This document shows positions 1-14,000 of a stretch of DNA of 64,000 nucleotides, in pieces. The stretch comes from Mobula hypostoma (Eukaryota). The DNA is taken from the NCBI RefSeq assembly GCF_963921235.1, contig NC_086097.1, forward strand, positions 227,728,001 through 227,792,000. Reading direction: 5' to 3'. Every line of letters starts with the position of its first letter. The stretch's first letter is position 1. Under the pieces are notes generated by a model. It had not been told where the DNA came from, searched no databases, and saw nothing but the letters and a program-made list of their open reading frames with translations. The translations under genes were made by a program, and so were the position numbers.

Positions 1-128
1 AACTATGCAGGCCGAGGCTCTTCGTCAGGTTGTTTATTCCCCTCTCTTGATGTTGCCTGACCTACCAAGTTCCTCCAGCATTTTGTGCATGTTGCTCAAG
101 ATTTCCAGCATCTGCAGAATCTCTTGTT
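1..128. mobile_element. Penelope-like terminal repeat fragment, fold-back arrangement, cut by the window edge
   Basis: GGCCGAGGCTCTTCGTCAGG (reverse hammerhead half) followed by the opposite-orientation GTTCCTCCAGCATTTTGTG...TTTCCAGCATCTGCAG terminus seen at other PLE ends in this window. Confidence 0.6.
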
Positions 129-884
129 TTAATCTGGCAGAATGCCTCAGAGACATTCTTTCATCCCATATTTTCTGCACTCACACAGATGAGTCCATAA
201 TTTCTTATTTTATTTTATTCCTTATATCCTTCAGATTCTGAACTGTACACTTGTTTACACTGTTAACTTGCATCCAGTAGGAAAAATTAGCACATAAAAA
301 AATAGAAGATAATCTTCCAAAAAGGCCTTAGGAGTCGGTGGGATCAAGAATTTTCATCTTACTATTCTAAGATGATTTAAATTAAAATCCCTGAGGGAAA
401 ACATGATGTTTTAAACTACACCATTACATAACCAGCCATATCTTGTTTTTAATAATTTATCCAAAAGAGATTTATTTTTAACTTCTCTGAAGAAAGGTCA
501 TTGACCAGAAGTGCTAACTCAATTTCTCTCTGCACTAATGCTGCCTCACTTGCTGAGTGTTAGCAGCATTTTCAGAGTTCATTTCAGATTTTAATTGGTA
601 TTGATAGCCACATTATTCGTAAAGTACATCCCTGCTTCCTGACAACATAAAACTAGACATAAAAGAAGATGTGTGGAGGACACACAGCACATGAAAGGGA
701 TCTAGGCACACTAAATGTATGTGTAAGCAATTTGTGTACCGAAATGTAATGTGGGTACATATGTTGGATAATCTTTTAGATAATAAAACTAATCTTTAAT
801 CTTAATTTACTTGAGTAAAATGCTGATGTACAGAGGAATTTGGAACCCAATTACATGAGTTATAATGCTATTAAGCAGGTACAA

Positions 885-1090
885 ACCTCCAAGAGGACCA
901 CAACCTTGTGATGGCTTGGAGACTTGCATGCCTCACTGGCCCAGAGATCTATGTTGGCTGGAGTCAGGGTGTTACGCTTTAACTCCTGGTAGGGTCACCA
1001 ATGCCAAACAGGTCAAAGGGTAGAGGCCGGACTAAGATTGGTCCACTAGTCCTCCAGGTTCGCAGGTTCAGCTCTAGGCTAGCAACAATG
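885..1090 (+). mobile_element. Isolated RTE (BovB/Expander-like) 5' UTR fragment
   Basis: GGACCACAACCTTGTGATGG...GGTAGGGTCACCAATGCCAAACAGGTC...GACTAAGATTGGTCC resembles RTE 5' UTR motifs as recalled; no ORF follows. Confidence 0.55.
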
Positions 1091-1913
1091 AGGTGATCCC
1101 AAGTCTAGAACTGCAGATGGTGAAATTGACTACAGGAAGTGACAGTGATGCCAGTATTATATATTATCCTGGAAAGAAATCAATTTTCTCTTGAATAACG
1201 GAGAAAAGTGTAGTTTACTGAAGCTCTAAGCAATAGTACATTAGTCTTTGTTGCAAGAAGGTTGGATCATGAAAGATATTACTTCATTATGTAGGACTTA
1301 TGTGATCCTACCCCTGGAAAATTGAGTGTAGATTTGGTCTCATTACCAAGGAAGGATATATTTGATATAAAGGGAGCATTGATTTATTTCCTGAGGTGAG
1401 AGAGCTTTTCTATCGGGTCAAGCTGAGAAGAGCAATGCTTTACTTCATAAAGAATGAAAAAAAAATTCATTGAAACACACTTGTCAAAGGGTTGACAGGA
1501 TTGATTCTGAGAAAGGATTTCCCATGACTGGAAACTCTCAAGCCTTGGCTTATTGCTTAAAGGTAAGGACACAAAGGGAGTCAAGGGATGCAGGGCAGCT
1601 GGGAAAATGGAGCTGATCTTGCTGACTGATAAAATCAACCAAGATTTAAAATACTGGAACAAGCATGCACAATCAGTAGGGGAAACCTTCACCATCGAGA
1701 TTCCAAGGGTTGGGGTTCAATCAAAGACCTAAAGTTTTAAAACTTCAAACCACACTCCTCCACTTACAGACTGCCTATATTCTGATTTGAAGGAAGTGTT
1801 GCATAAGGTAACAAAGAAATCAATTCACTCCAAGGATGCAGATTAAAATCATAGAACCTTTTTTTGTGTAAAACGTGGCCATTTAGCCCATTGTATCCAT
1901 GCTGATCAAAAAC

Positions 1914-2290
1914 ACGGTACATCATTAAAGACCCCTCACACCCTCTCCATGAACTGTTTGTTCTTCTGCCATCAGGCAAACGTTACAGGAGCATCAAAAC
2001 TAAAAGCACAAGGCTACTAAACAGCTTCCTCCCACAGGCAGTCAAACTGCTAAATAGCTGCTCTACCTGACTGTGCTTTGGACACTTTTAACTCGCACTG
2101 GACACTTATAACTGATTTAACTGACATGTGGCTGTTATGTTTTACTATTTATTGTTATGTTTATTATTTAGTGCTGTGTTTGTTATGTTATGATTGCACT
2201 GTCCCTGAGGAACGCTGTCTCATTCTGCCCTGCAGAACTGATGTATGGTTAGAATGACAATAAAGTTTTTTGAATCTTTGAATCTTTGAA
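1914..2290 (+). mobile_element. Rex1/Babar LINE 3' fragment
   Basis: C-terminus IIKDPSHPLHELFVLLPSGKRYRSI; AATAAA followed by a (TTTGAATC)n tail. Confidence 0.75.
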
Positions 2291-2403
2291 ATGAACCAAA
2301 TGTTAATCCTTGGATTTTTATGTCGTCATCAAGTACCTTCTAAATGTGGTGAGGGTTTCCACCTCTGCATTTGGGAAAGTGGTACTGAGATATAAGCTCA
2401 GTC

Positions 2404-2625
2404 ATCTGTGGAATTCTCTGCCACAGGAAACAGTTGAGGCCAGTTCATTGGCTATATTTAAGAGGGAGTTAGATATGGCCCTTGTGGCTAAAGGGATCAG
2501 GGGATATGGAGGGAAGGCTGGTACAGGGTTCTGAGTTGGATGATCAGCCGTGATCATACTGAATGGCGGTGTAGGCTCGAAGGGCCGAATGGCCTACTCC
2601 TGCACCTATTTTCTATGTTTCTATG
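2404..2625 (+). mobile_element. CR1 LINE 3' end
   Basis: Near-identical to 5023-5245; LWNSLPQETVEA motif; (TTTCTATG)n tail. Confidence 0.9.
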
Positions 2626-2784
2626 ATCTTTCTGACTAGCAGAGGAGGTTCAAAGAAGAACATATGCTACTCCTGTCCATATTTGTCGTATAACCAAAGC
2701 ACTGACATCAAAACTAGAATCACACAAATCAGAATTCTAAATTGTGGGCAGTGCATTTCTGGATCCAAACCACTTGCGGAGTGA

Positions 2785-3850
2785 GGAGCATTTCTCCGGT
2801 GGGGGAGACAAAGACCAGAGGACACAGCATCAGAGTAGAGGGATATCCGTTTAGGATGGAGATGAAAAGGAATTTCTTTAGCCAGAGTTTGGTGAATCTG
2901 TGGAATTCATTGCCACAGATGGCTGTGGAGGCCAAGTCTATGTAAGAGGTATATGTAAGGCAAAAGATGATAGGTTCTTAATTAGCCAGGGCATGAAGAG
3001 ACCATGGAGAAGGCAGGAGATTGGGGCTGAGAGGAAAATTGGATATGTCATGATGAAATTGCAGAGCAGACTCGATGGGTCAAATGGCCTAATACTGCTA
3101 CTATATCTTATGGACTTATGGTCAAGTAGTTTGGATCCAGAAATGGGTTAAAATCCATTTAATTATTCATTCAGATGCATAATTCCTTGAAAGTAGTATC
3201 ATAGGTAGATAGAGTCATAATGAAAGCTTTTAGAACATTGGCCTTTATAAATCAAAGAATTGAGTACAGGAATTAGGATGTTGTTTTAAGTTGTGCAAGA
3301 CATTGGTGAGGCCAAGTTATTGTGCGGTTCAGGTCGCTTACCTACAGGAAAGAGTGAAGAGAAAATTTACACGGATGATACTAGGACTTGAGGACCTGGG
3401 TTATAGCGAATGGTTGAATAGGTTAGATCATTATTTCCCAGAGCACAGGAGAATGAGGGGAGACCTTATAGAGTTGTACAAAATTATAAGGTGAGTTCAT
3501 GCAGGCTTTTCCCCCAGGTTGGGTAAGACTAGAACTAGAGATCTTAAGTTTCTGGTTAGAGGTAAAATATTTAAGGGGAATCTGAGGGGGAGCTTCATTC
3601 AGCAGTTGGTGCAAATGTTGGACAAGCTGCCAGCAGAAGTTGTAGGCACAGATACAGTTATAGCATTGAAGTAAAGCTTTGATAAATGGGCTTGCAGGGA
3701 TATGGACTGGGTGCAGGTGGATAGAAATAGGTAAAGGATCAGGGGGTGCAGGTGGATGGGAATAGGTAAAGGATCAGGTTGGCATGGACTACATAGGCCA
3801 AAGGGCCCATTTCTCTGCTGTAGTACTCCATGAACCTATTGCTCTATAAT
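2785..3850 (+). mobile_element. Two degenerate CR1 3' fragments (~2785-3125 and ~3170-3850)
   Basis: TRGHS...FFSQ..VNLWNSLP and KTLVRP...RRMRGDLIE motifs with stops and frameshifts. Confidence 0.8.
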
Positions 3851-4040
3851 TATCTTAAATTGATGCCACCTAATTATTGTCCAATCAGCCGAAAGAAATA
3901 AAGCATTCTTATTCCCTCAGCACACATGCAGAATAAAATCCCTTCCTAGTCTCCTTTGGTCTGAAGAAAACAACTTCAATCTACACATTCTCTTCTCACC
4001 CACACTATTGTGAGGCGGTTCCTCAAACATCCAGATCTGG

Positions 4041-5251
4041 TATGTGGTATATTTGGATTTTCAAAAGGCTTTTGACAAGGTCCCACACAGGAGATTAGTG
4101 TGCAAACTTAAAGCACACGGTATTGGGGGTAAGGTATTGATGTGGATAGAGAATTGGTTAGCAGACAGGAAGCAAAGAGTGGGAATAAACGGGACCTTTT
4201 CAGAATGGCAGGCAGTGACTAGTGGGGTACCGCAAGGCTCAGTGCTGGGACCCCAGTTGTTTACAATATATATTAATGACTTGGATGAGGGAATTAAATG
4301 CAGCATCTCCAAGTTTGCGGATGACACGAAGCTGGGCGGCGGTGTTAGCTGTGAGGAGGATGCGAAGAGGATGCAGAGTGACTTGGATAGGTTGGGTGAG
4401 TGGGCAAATTCATGGCAGATGCAATTTAATGTGGATAAATGTGAAGTTATCCACTTTGGTGGCAAAAATAGGAAAACAGATTATTATCTGAATGGTGGCC
4501 GATTAGGAAAAGGGGAGGTGCAATGAGACCTGGGTGTCATTATACACCAGTCATTGAAAGTGGGCATGCAGGTACAGCAGGCGGTGAAAAAGGCGAATGG
4601 TATGCTGGCATTTATAGCGAGAGGATTCGAGTACAGGAGCAGGGAGGTACTACTGCAGTTGTACAAGGCCTTGGTGAGACCACACCTGGAGTATTGTGTG
4701 CAGTTTTGGTCCCCTAATCTGAGGAAAGACATCCTTGCCATAGAGGGAGTACAAAGAAGGTTCACCAGATTGATTCCTGGGATGGCAGGACTTTCATATG
4801 AAGAAAGACTGGATGAACTGGGCTTGTATTCGTTGGAATTTAGAAGATTGAGGGGGGATCTGATTGAAACGTATAAAATCCTAAAGGGATTGGACAGGCT
4901 AGATGCAGGAAGATTGTTCCCGATGTTGGGGAAGTCCAGAACGAGGGGTCACAGTTTGAGGATAAAGGGGAAGCCTTTTAGGACCGAGATTAGGAAAAAC
5001 TTCTTCACACAGAGAGTGGTGAATCTGTGGAATTCTCTGCCACAGGAAACAGTTGAGGCCAGTTCATTGGCTATATTTAAGAGGGAGTTAGATATGGCCC
5101 TTGTGGCTACGGGGATCAAGGGGTATGGAGGGAAGGCTGGTGCAGGGTTCTGAGTTGGATGATCAGCCATGATCATAATAAATGGCGGTGCAGGCTCGAA
5201 GGGCCGAATGGCCTACTCCTGCACCTATTTTCTATGTTTCTATGTTTCTAT
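4041..5251 (+). mobile_element. Young 5'-truncated CR1 LINE (RT domain to 3' tail)
   Basis: YLDFQKAFDKVPH, SGVPQGSVLGP, KFADD; ORFs 4044-4526 and 4554-5153 are in one frame, split by a single TGA at 4524; (TTTCTATG)n tail. Confidence 0.95.
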
Positions 5252-5744
5252 CTAACACTTGCTGGCCAGGATCCCAGTCCTTTAGGGAGCCTTGCAATTA
5301 AAGGATGGTGAAAGCAGTATTGTTGGAATCAAAGCGACAAGAGGAACAACAGAACATCACCCAGCCTCTCCCATGATTCCCTGCTTCCCTTCAGAGTTGA
5401 CCCTTCAAAGGCCCATGAACCAAAAAAAAACACCATTAACTCCATTAGAGCAATCTGGAATAGATGATTAAACCACTCTCACCTCCAGGAACATGAAACA
5501 AATCGCCCCCTGATGGATCAACCTTTTACATGATCAGACTCTTCCTTTGGTTATAAACCTTTGGTACAAGTGATCGCCTACTTGTGTCAATTGGATGGCA
5601 AAGGGATCCATGTTAATTCTGCCAAGATCACCCTGCAAAGTCTGAGAAGTTCCATATTTTTTGTTGACACAGGAAGCCACCAGCACATTGAGTCTATGTG
5701 ACTCACAGGAAAATGTTGTTTCTCCCAACTTTCCCTGTTCCAGT

Positions 5745-6290
5745 GCAGTACAGTAGCATAGTGATTAGTGCAATCGCTTTACAGGTCCAGCAATCACCAG
5801 TTATGGTTCGATTCCCGTAGCTTTCTGAATCAGAATCAGAATCAGCATCAGGTTTATTATCACTGGCATGTGACATCAAATTTGTTAACTTAGCAGCAGC
5901 AGTTTAGTGCAATACATAATCTAGCAGAGAGAAAAATAATAATAATAATAAATTAAATAAAAATAATAATAATAAATAAACAAGTAAATCAATTACTTAT
6001 ATTGAATAGATTTTTTTTTAAATGTGCAAGAACACAAATACTATATATTTACAAAAAAAGTAAGGTAAGGAATTTGCATATTTTCCCTGTGCTTTCTGGG
6101 TACTGCGGTTTCCTGCCATACTCCAAAGATATACATTGAAGGTTAGCGTTAGTGAGTTGTAGATACGGAAGCATGGTCACGCTTGCAGGCTGACCCCAGC
6201 ACAATCCTTGAACTGTGTTGGTCATTGATGCAAAACAGCTCATTTCACAGTATATTTTGATGTTTTGATGTACATGTGACAAATATAGCA
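5745..6290 (+). mobile_element. tRNA-derived V-SINE (HE1-like) interrupted by a minus-strand LINE 3' tail (~5828-6065)
   Basis: A-box/B-box-like head (GGTTCGATTCCC); V-domain GGAATTTGCATATTTTCCCTGTG...GGTTTCCTGCCATACTCCAAAGA; insert begins with (AATCAG)n. Confidence 0.65.
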
Positions 6291-9200
6291 AACTTTTCTT
6301 CAGTTTTTTCTTCCTCCAGCATTCCCACCATTTTCCCACACTGTGGGCAATTTAGAGCAGCCAAGTTAGTGACCAACTTTATGTCATTTATGGGGAACAA
6401 TGTTACACATATCAACTAAAGACATCTGCTACAACATTTGGCCTTTTCTTTAGATTCCTCTAAATGTTGCAGATGGACTTATTTTAAACACAAGAGATGC
6501 TGCAAATGCTGGAAACACAGAGTAACACACAAAATGCAGAAGGAACTTAGTAGATCATGTAGCATCTATGGAAAGGAAGCAGTTTGAAATACCATTATTT
6601 AAAACAGACATAACAACATGCCAGCAACTCAAGCAAAAATTATAAAGAAGTTCAAACTTAAATTTTAAACTTTGTTTTAGGATACCAATTTCAGGCCAAA
6701 CAATGAACCTATGGTTATGCATCTCTTTTGTTGTATGTACTACCGGCTCACAATACTGCCTTCTCCTGAATTGTAACTGTGAGCGCACTTCAATACCTAT
6801 GAAGCACTTTCAGACAATCCAAGATACAAAAGATATCAATTCTGTCCCGTCTTTTATTCAAACTGATATTTAGTTGCTGGTAACAGATACATGATCTTGT
6901 CAGCTCATCATAGTTATTTTCCCCTCTGAAAATTATTGTATTAATTTTGCATTTTTGGATGCAATATTTTGGTAAAAATATCATGCCACCTGTTCATATT
7001 TCATGACAATTCTTTAGCTGAATGATTACACAATTCTTTTAGTTTTTCTATCCTGTATATCACACTCTACTAAAGAAAGCACAGAGAAAACCTTCTGGAA
7101 AATAAACTGTAGATTAAAATGACTTGATAAATAACAACTCATATTCTTCTGAGGTCTGCCTTTCGCATCAACTGGTCACCCACCAGGGATTATTAACATT
7201 CTTTTTATCTACAATGACCATCTGATCTTCATTTCCAAGCCACTATGGAATGAAATGGATTATTCTGTTTGCTGGCATGTGATTAAATGTCATTGACTGT
7301 ATTCAAACTGAAGCCACAGCATGTTAACCTGGAATTCCTTTTCAAACTTTAATACCCCACTGGGAAAATAAAGTGACTTCTTTTTTTTTAACACTGAAAC
7401 TGCAACTGTATCATTTCAGAAGAAAAATAAACTGAAATTTATTCTGTAGAATTCTGTGTGGGCATCATACAAGCCCATGACTGAGGGAAAACATCTTAAT
7501 GACAAGTTATTCATTGTGGTGTTCACATACTTAAGTTATGAGGTAATGTTATTACGGCCATTAAAGGTGACTGCTCCTGCGCAAATTTATGGTTTTGTTA
7601 GAAATTGTTTCCTGTTTACAATTCTAATTTCTTTTTCATTATTCTGCTTCTGAAAACCGTGCTTCAATTTAAGAGACCTGATGGAGAGCCAAATCTGTTG
7701 CAAGAAAATAAATTCACGCATTTGAAGGTGCCTCAGCCATCCCTGTGGGAGAATTAGGAGACACGAGAATGTACAATTTTTACATTTTCTTAAAAGATAT
7801 GAGCACTTTTTTGAGAAAAGAAAGCATTCTCCAAATCCTTTAATTACTTGAGTTCCACCATTTCAAAAAATATTGCATTTGAAAAGTCCTACGTGGATGT
7901 AGCAGGAACAGCTACCCAGTAATACATAGTTTATGTCTGTAATAAAAAAATCAAAGGGCTACACTGTAATTGGGTTTTACCCTAGAAGCTGCCCCATGTG
8001 AATTATGTGCAACAATAAAGGCTTTGGGGTCTGCTTTCAAAAACGAGAAGATTCTGCATCGCCTGTCATGTGTGATAGAGTATTCTGATTCTCATAAACA
8101 AGTGTTCTGCATGCGGTTTGGTGCATACTGTACATTTAGACATGGAAGGCTATGAAATCATGGTCCATATTAGAGCAAACCCTCACCATCTTTAATGTTA
8201 TGAAATAGAAAAACAGACTTGAAATGGATCTTAGATTAAAAATATAATTAGGAGAAATTAATTTCAATTAAAAGGTAATTGTGAGGTTGTATAAATTAGA
8301 GACACCAAGTTAGATTGAACTACTGTCCTCGATTGATTTGGTGTTGATTAATTAAATGGTGTGGGTAGTTTATTGACTGACTTTTCTATCTTCCCCGAAA
8401 TAAAATGCTCTTTCTTGTTTCATAAGCTATAAGAAGGTATAGTGCTAACGCACTCTGGATAGCAGTAAAATGACCCCCTGCTGGATGTCTGTGCGTGTGT
8501 GGGCACCCGGGGACACAAGATCAAGCTCGGCTGTGATTCCTTCATTCACCATTGACACATACTTCCCAAGCTCATAAATGAATAATGGCCATTTGGAAAG
8601 ACCCCAGTGAGGTAATTAATGCCTTCAGGCTGGAAGATAGGGAGAGGGCAGAAAACTGAAAAGAGCCAAAATAATGCATATAGACTGGTGCATTCTAACT
8701 GTAACTCTAGGGAGTGGGCTGCAAGAGCTGGAAGTGAGGCCAGAAACCAGATAATTTTAATGTATCCTTACCTTTAGATGGATGGTAGGGACCTTGAATG
8801 GATCAGAGCTACATCCAGTTCCCATACAAAGTCACAGCATAGGAAGGGTGGGCTCAGGGGGCATTGAAGTTACCCATAGAGAAAGTATAAGAGTAAGATT
8901 GGGATCACAGAACACTCCCGTGTCTCTGGACCACAAAATAATAATTTCAACCTTCACTTTACTGGATTTATCTTACCTATTCATTGTGCAAATGGATGCT
9001 TGCCCATTGGCTGACTAATTCCAGTTAAAATGGCAACTGAAATGGACATCTCCTTTCGACATTCCACAATTGGCCCCCTTTCAAAATGTTCATCTCAGGT
9101 GGATATTAACATTGTGCATGACTAACCGCTACTAAACCTCTGAGGGATCCAGTGCACTGATTGGGTTTAAAGAGTCGTGGAGTTGTTAAGCATAGAAAGA

Positions 9201-10039
9201 GGCCCTTCAGCTCAGCATATCCATGCCAGTTCTTGGCCCATACTCATGCCTTGCCTATTTAAATGCTCGTTGAAATGCCTCTTAAATATGGTAACTGCAT
9301 TAGATTGCTCCACCTCCTCTGGCAGCAAGTTCCAGATATCAACCACACCTTGTAGAACGTATTTTCTCCTAGAATCCTCTCAAAAGGTACTTCCTCTCAA
9401 CTTAAATGTATGCTCTTTTTATTTGACACTGCTGTCATGGGGCTATCTGAGTCCTATGTGATTGCCACAGGTGGGGCATGTGATCCTTGGAGGGATCGGT
9501 GTCTGGATAGTTTGGGGTATTGTTTGTAAATGGCTTCCATATTCTTCCCCTCTAGAGAGCTGCAGTGTTCACTGCCGTCCTAGAACCTCCTTTTGCAGTT
9601 TGAGCAGTGACAGGCCAGGGGTTTCTGTGACTTGGCGAGGATGTTACACTTTCCATGGAGACTTTGACGAGGTCCTGGAGTGTTCTTCCTTTCTTCTGGG
9701 AACTTCTTCCCATGGTGGAGCTCAGTGATCTGGGATGGCAGGGTGAAGTTGAAGACTGTGCCACCCATCCACCAGCACTGAACGAATGAGGTCAGAGTGC
9801 CACCCGAGAGGATGTTGGCCCAGGAAAGGACACTGGGTTGATCTATCCTGCCCGTGGTTTTGGATTATATTATGGAGATGTAATTCTTTAGTGCTTTGTC
9901 ATTATCCATGACTCTGCGAAAATGCAGAGAGGTGACAGCATCTGCTTTAATGAAAGGAGGCTCCTGAGATATGGAAAGGGATTCAAGTTTTCTACAGTCT
10001 TCTCATGCATTTTGATTATCAGAGGGCAGAGTTGTCTGG

Positions 10040-12680
10040 CTGGTCCAGGTTGGGAGAAACTTTTATCTTCCAGATCTGAAGGTGTAGCATCTGGAGGTGC
10101 GCATTTATGGAACTTGCAGCACAGGTGCAGACTGGTAGGTATGATGTTGTAGGCATCATGGAATCATGGCTGAAAAATTATATCTGGGAGCTTAATGTCC
10201 AAGGATAGACATTGTATTGAAAGGACAGGCAGGAAGGCAGAGGACGTGGCGTTGCTCTGTTGGTAAAAAATGCAATCAAGTCATTAGAAAAAGGTGACAT
10301 AGGGTTGGAAGGTGTTGAATCATTGTAGGCAGAGCTAAGGAAATGCAAGGGTAAAAAGACCGTGATGGGAGTTGTATAGAAACCCCCAATCAGTAGTAAG
10401 GATATTGCCTACAAATTACATTGGGAGATAGAAAATGTATGCCAAAAAGGGCAATGTTACAATAGTCATGGGAGACTTCAACATGTAAGTGGATTTAGAA
10501 AATCAGGTTGGTGCTAGATTACAGGAGATGGACTTTCTAGAATGCCTGTGAGATGGCTTTTTAGAACATTTCAGGGTTGAGACCACTAGAGGATCAGCTA
10601 TTCTGGATTGGGTCTGGTGCAATGAACCAGAATTAATTACAGAGCTTAATGTAAAAGAACTCTAAGGGGAAAGTGATCATGATATGATGGAATTTACCAT
10701 AAAATTTGAGAACTAGCTAACGTCAGATGTATCAGTATTACAGTAGAGTAAAGGGAATTACAGAGGCATGAGAGAGGAGTTGGCCGGAATTGATTGGAAA
10801 AGAATACTTGCAAGGAGATTGGCAGAGCAACAATGGCTGGAATTTCTGGAAGCAATTCAGAAGACACAGGATATGTACATCCCAAAGAGGAAGAAGTATT
10901 CTAAAGGAAAGATGACACAACCATGGCTAACAAGAGAAGTCAAAGCCAACATAGAAGCTAAAGAGAGGGCATATACTGGAACAAAGATTAGTGAGAAGTT
11001 AGTGGATTAGGAAGCTTTAAAAGACCACAGAAAGCAACTAAAAAAGTCATTAAGAAGGTAAAGATGGATTACAAAAGTAAGCTAGCCAACTGGAAAATGA
11101 TGCTGGCGAGGTAGTCATGGTGGATAAACTGAGCAAATATTTCGCTGTGGAAGATACTAGCAGTATGGTGGAAATTCCAGATGTCAAGGGGGCCTGAAGT
11201 GTATGAAGTTACCATTACTAGGGAGAAGGTCTGGAGGTAGATAAGTCACCTGGACCAGATGGTGTTCACCCCGGGGTTCTGAAAGAGGTGACTGAAGAGA
11301 TTACGAAGGCACTATTAATGATCTCTAAAAAATCACTAGATTCTAGAATGGTACTGGGAGACCGGAAAATTGCACATGTCACTCCACTCTTCAAGAGAGG
11401 CAGAAGAAGGGAAACTATCGGCCAGTTGGTCTGACCTCAGTGGGTGTGAAAATGTTGGAGCTGATTATTAAAGATGAGGTCTCAGGGTACTTGGAGACAC
11501 ATGATAAAATAGGCCATAGTCAGCATGGATTCCTCAAGGGAATATCTTGCCTGACAAATCTGCTGGAATTCTTTGAAGAAGTAATAGGCAGGAGAAACAA
11601 AGGAGAATCGGTTGATGTTTTATATTTGGACTTGCAAAAGGCCTTTGACAAGAGGCCATAGGAAGCTGTTTAACAAGCTATGAGCCAACGGAATTACAGG
11701 AAAGATTCTAGCATGGATAAAGCAGTGGCAAATTGGCAGAAAGATGATGATTTGGATGATGGAATTGATGGCTTTGTTGCAAAGACAGGAGGAGGTGCAG
11801 GTAGTTTTGAGGAAGTAGAGAGGCTACAGAAGGACAGACAGATTAGGAGAATGGACAAATAAATGACAGATGAAATACAGTGTTGGGAAGTGTATGGTCA
11901 TGAATTTTGGTAGAAGAAATGACAGGGTTAAATATTTTCTAAATGGAGAGAAAATACAAAAACTAAGATGCAAAGGGACTTGGGAGTCCTTGTGCAGGAT
12001 TCCCTAAAGGTTAATTTGAAGGTTAAATCTGTGGTGAGGAAGCCAAATGCAATGTTAGCATTCATTTCAAGAGGACTAGAATATAGAAGAAAGGATATAA
12101 TGTTAAAACTTTATGAAGCACTGGTGGGTCCTCACTTGACTATTGTGAACAGGTTTGGGCCCCTTATCTTAGAAAGGATGTGCTAAAACTGGAGGGAGTT
12201 CAAAGGAGGCTCATAAAAATAATTCCAGGATTGAATGGCATGTCATTTGAAGTGTGTTTGATAGCTCTTGGCCTGTATTCACTGGATTCCAGAAGAATGA
12301 GGGGTGATCTGATTGAAACCTATCGAATGGTGAAAAACCTTGATAGAGTGGATGTTGAGAGGATGTTTCCTATGGTTGGAGGGTCTAAGACCAGAGGACA
12401 GCCTCAGAATAGAGGGGTGTTCTTTTAGAATGGAGATGAGGAGGAATTTCTTCAGACAGATGGTGGTGAATCTATGAAATTTTTTTCCACAGGCAGCTGT
12501 GGAGGCCAAGCCTTTATGTACATTTAAGACAGAGTTGACAGATTGGTCAGGGCATGAAAGGATATGGTGAGAAGACAAGAGATTGGGGTTGAGAGGAAAA
12601 TTGGATCAGCCACGATGAAATGGCAGAGTGGACTCGATAGGCCAAGTGGCCTAATTCTGCCCCTATATCTTTTGATCTTA
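10040..12680 (+). mobile_element. Degenerate CR1 LINE ORF2 (APE endonuclease + RT) to 3' end
   Basis: YDVVGI.ESWL, MGDFN, SDH, QHGFLKG..CLTNL, YLDLQKAFDK and C-terminal motifs, with many stops. Confidence 0.9.
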
Positions 12681-12829
12681 TCTTTAACTTAAGGCTCATC
12701 TTCTCATGTCCTTCAGTGAGGGTGTCAGTGATAACTTGGAAGTTGTCAAATGTAAGTATTTCATCCATCCTGTAATATAACAGCTGTATTGTTAATATTT
12801 TTTGTGTTGTTATACTTGCAAAGCTCATA

Positions 12830-13100
12830 TTTGGGGTGGTAGTTAGCACAACACTACAGTATAGGCAATCAGAGTTCAATCCCTGTCACTGGCTGGAAGG
12901 AGTTTGTACATTCTCCCCATGACCGCAAGGGTTTCCCCTGGGTGCTCCAGTTTTCCCCCACAGTCCACAGACATATCAGTTGGTAGGTTAATTGGGGATT
13001 GTAAATTGTCCCAAGATTAGCCTAGGATTATATCAGAGGATTGCTGGTGGTGTGGCTCAGAGTGCCACAAGGGCCTATTCCGCACAGTATAGTTATTTAT
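12830..13100 (+). mobile_element. V-SINE (HE1-like)
   Basis: GAGTTCAATCCC B-box-like; V-domain GGAGTTTGTACATTCTCCCC...GGGTGCTCCAGTTTTCCCCCACAGTCCA. Confidence 0.75.
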
Positions 13101-13637
13101 AAAAAACACATTTGGAATGTTATCACCTTGCTAAAAAAACGGGCATAAAAATTGTCCGTTTGTGTGTAAATGCATTTTTGAAACTTCTTTTGCTAGTATT
13201 TTAAAGGTTTTTTAATGTACATAAATGACATCACTTGAATGCGGTCAGTGGAATTTTACCATAGATAACATCGTAGTGCCTTCCTCACTAATAACACACA
13301 GAATATTTTCAGCCAGTTACATTGGTCTATATCTGTGTTACGTTTTGATTGAATGAAATTCAAACATTTGCAAAATGAGTGATTCTGAATGCCAAGCACT
13401 AGGCTGATTTTAATGGGAGCATAGTTAAACAATCAAGGTGCAGTCCTTAAGTTCTATATCCCTATTGCTTTACAATCATCTTTATTGATACCAGTTTTAT
13501 ATTTCCAGATTTCAAATCCTCAGCTGGCTTTGGATTCGCATTCTTTGGATTCTAGATTCTAGTTTCTAGATGAATGATTTAGTAACACAATCGCTGTGCA
13601 GCGGTTAACCATGCACAGCCATATTCTGCTACGGGAT

Positions 13638-14000
13638 CAACACACTCAAAATGCTGGAGGAACTCAGCACGTCAGGCAGCATCTATGGAAATGAATAAAC
13701 AGTTGATGTTTCAGGCTGAGACCCTTCTTCAGGGATGGGGAGAAGATACCAGAATAAAAATGGGGGGAGAGAGGACAGATGACTAGCTGAAAGGTGACAG
13801 GTACGGCCAGTGGCCGGGAATGGAAAAGAGATGGAGCGAAGTAATCTGATAGGAGATGAGAACGGGCCATGGGAGAAAGGGAAGAAGGAGGGGCACCAGG
13901 GGGAGGTAATAGGCAGGTGAGCAGAAGAGATAAGTGTCCCTCAAGCTGATCATGCCATCAAGTTGGAGGCTTCCTAGACAGAATATGGGGTTTAGGATGG
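13638..14000 (-). mobile_element. Penelope-like element 3' end with degenerate hammerhead
   Basis: End of GIY-YIG region (FCLGSLQLDGM); pyrimidine-rich UTR; CCTGAAGAAGGGTCTCAGCCTGAAAC. Confidence 0.8.

Noticed and set aside
3709..3778. 35-bp tandem duplication as a CRISPR-like array
   Set aside because: Two adjacent units with no spacer inside a CR1 3' end; local slippage
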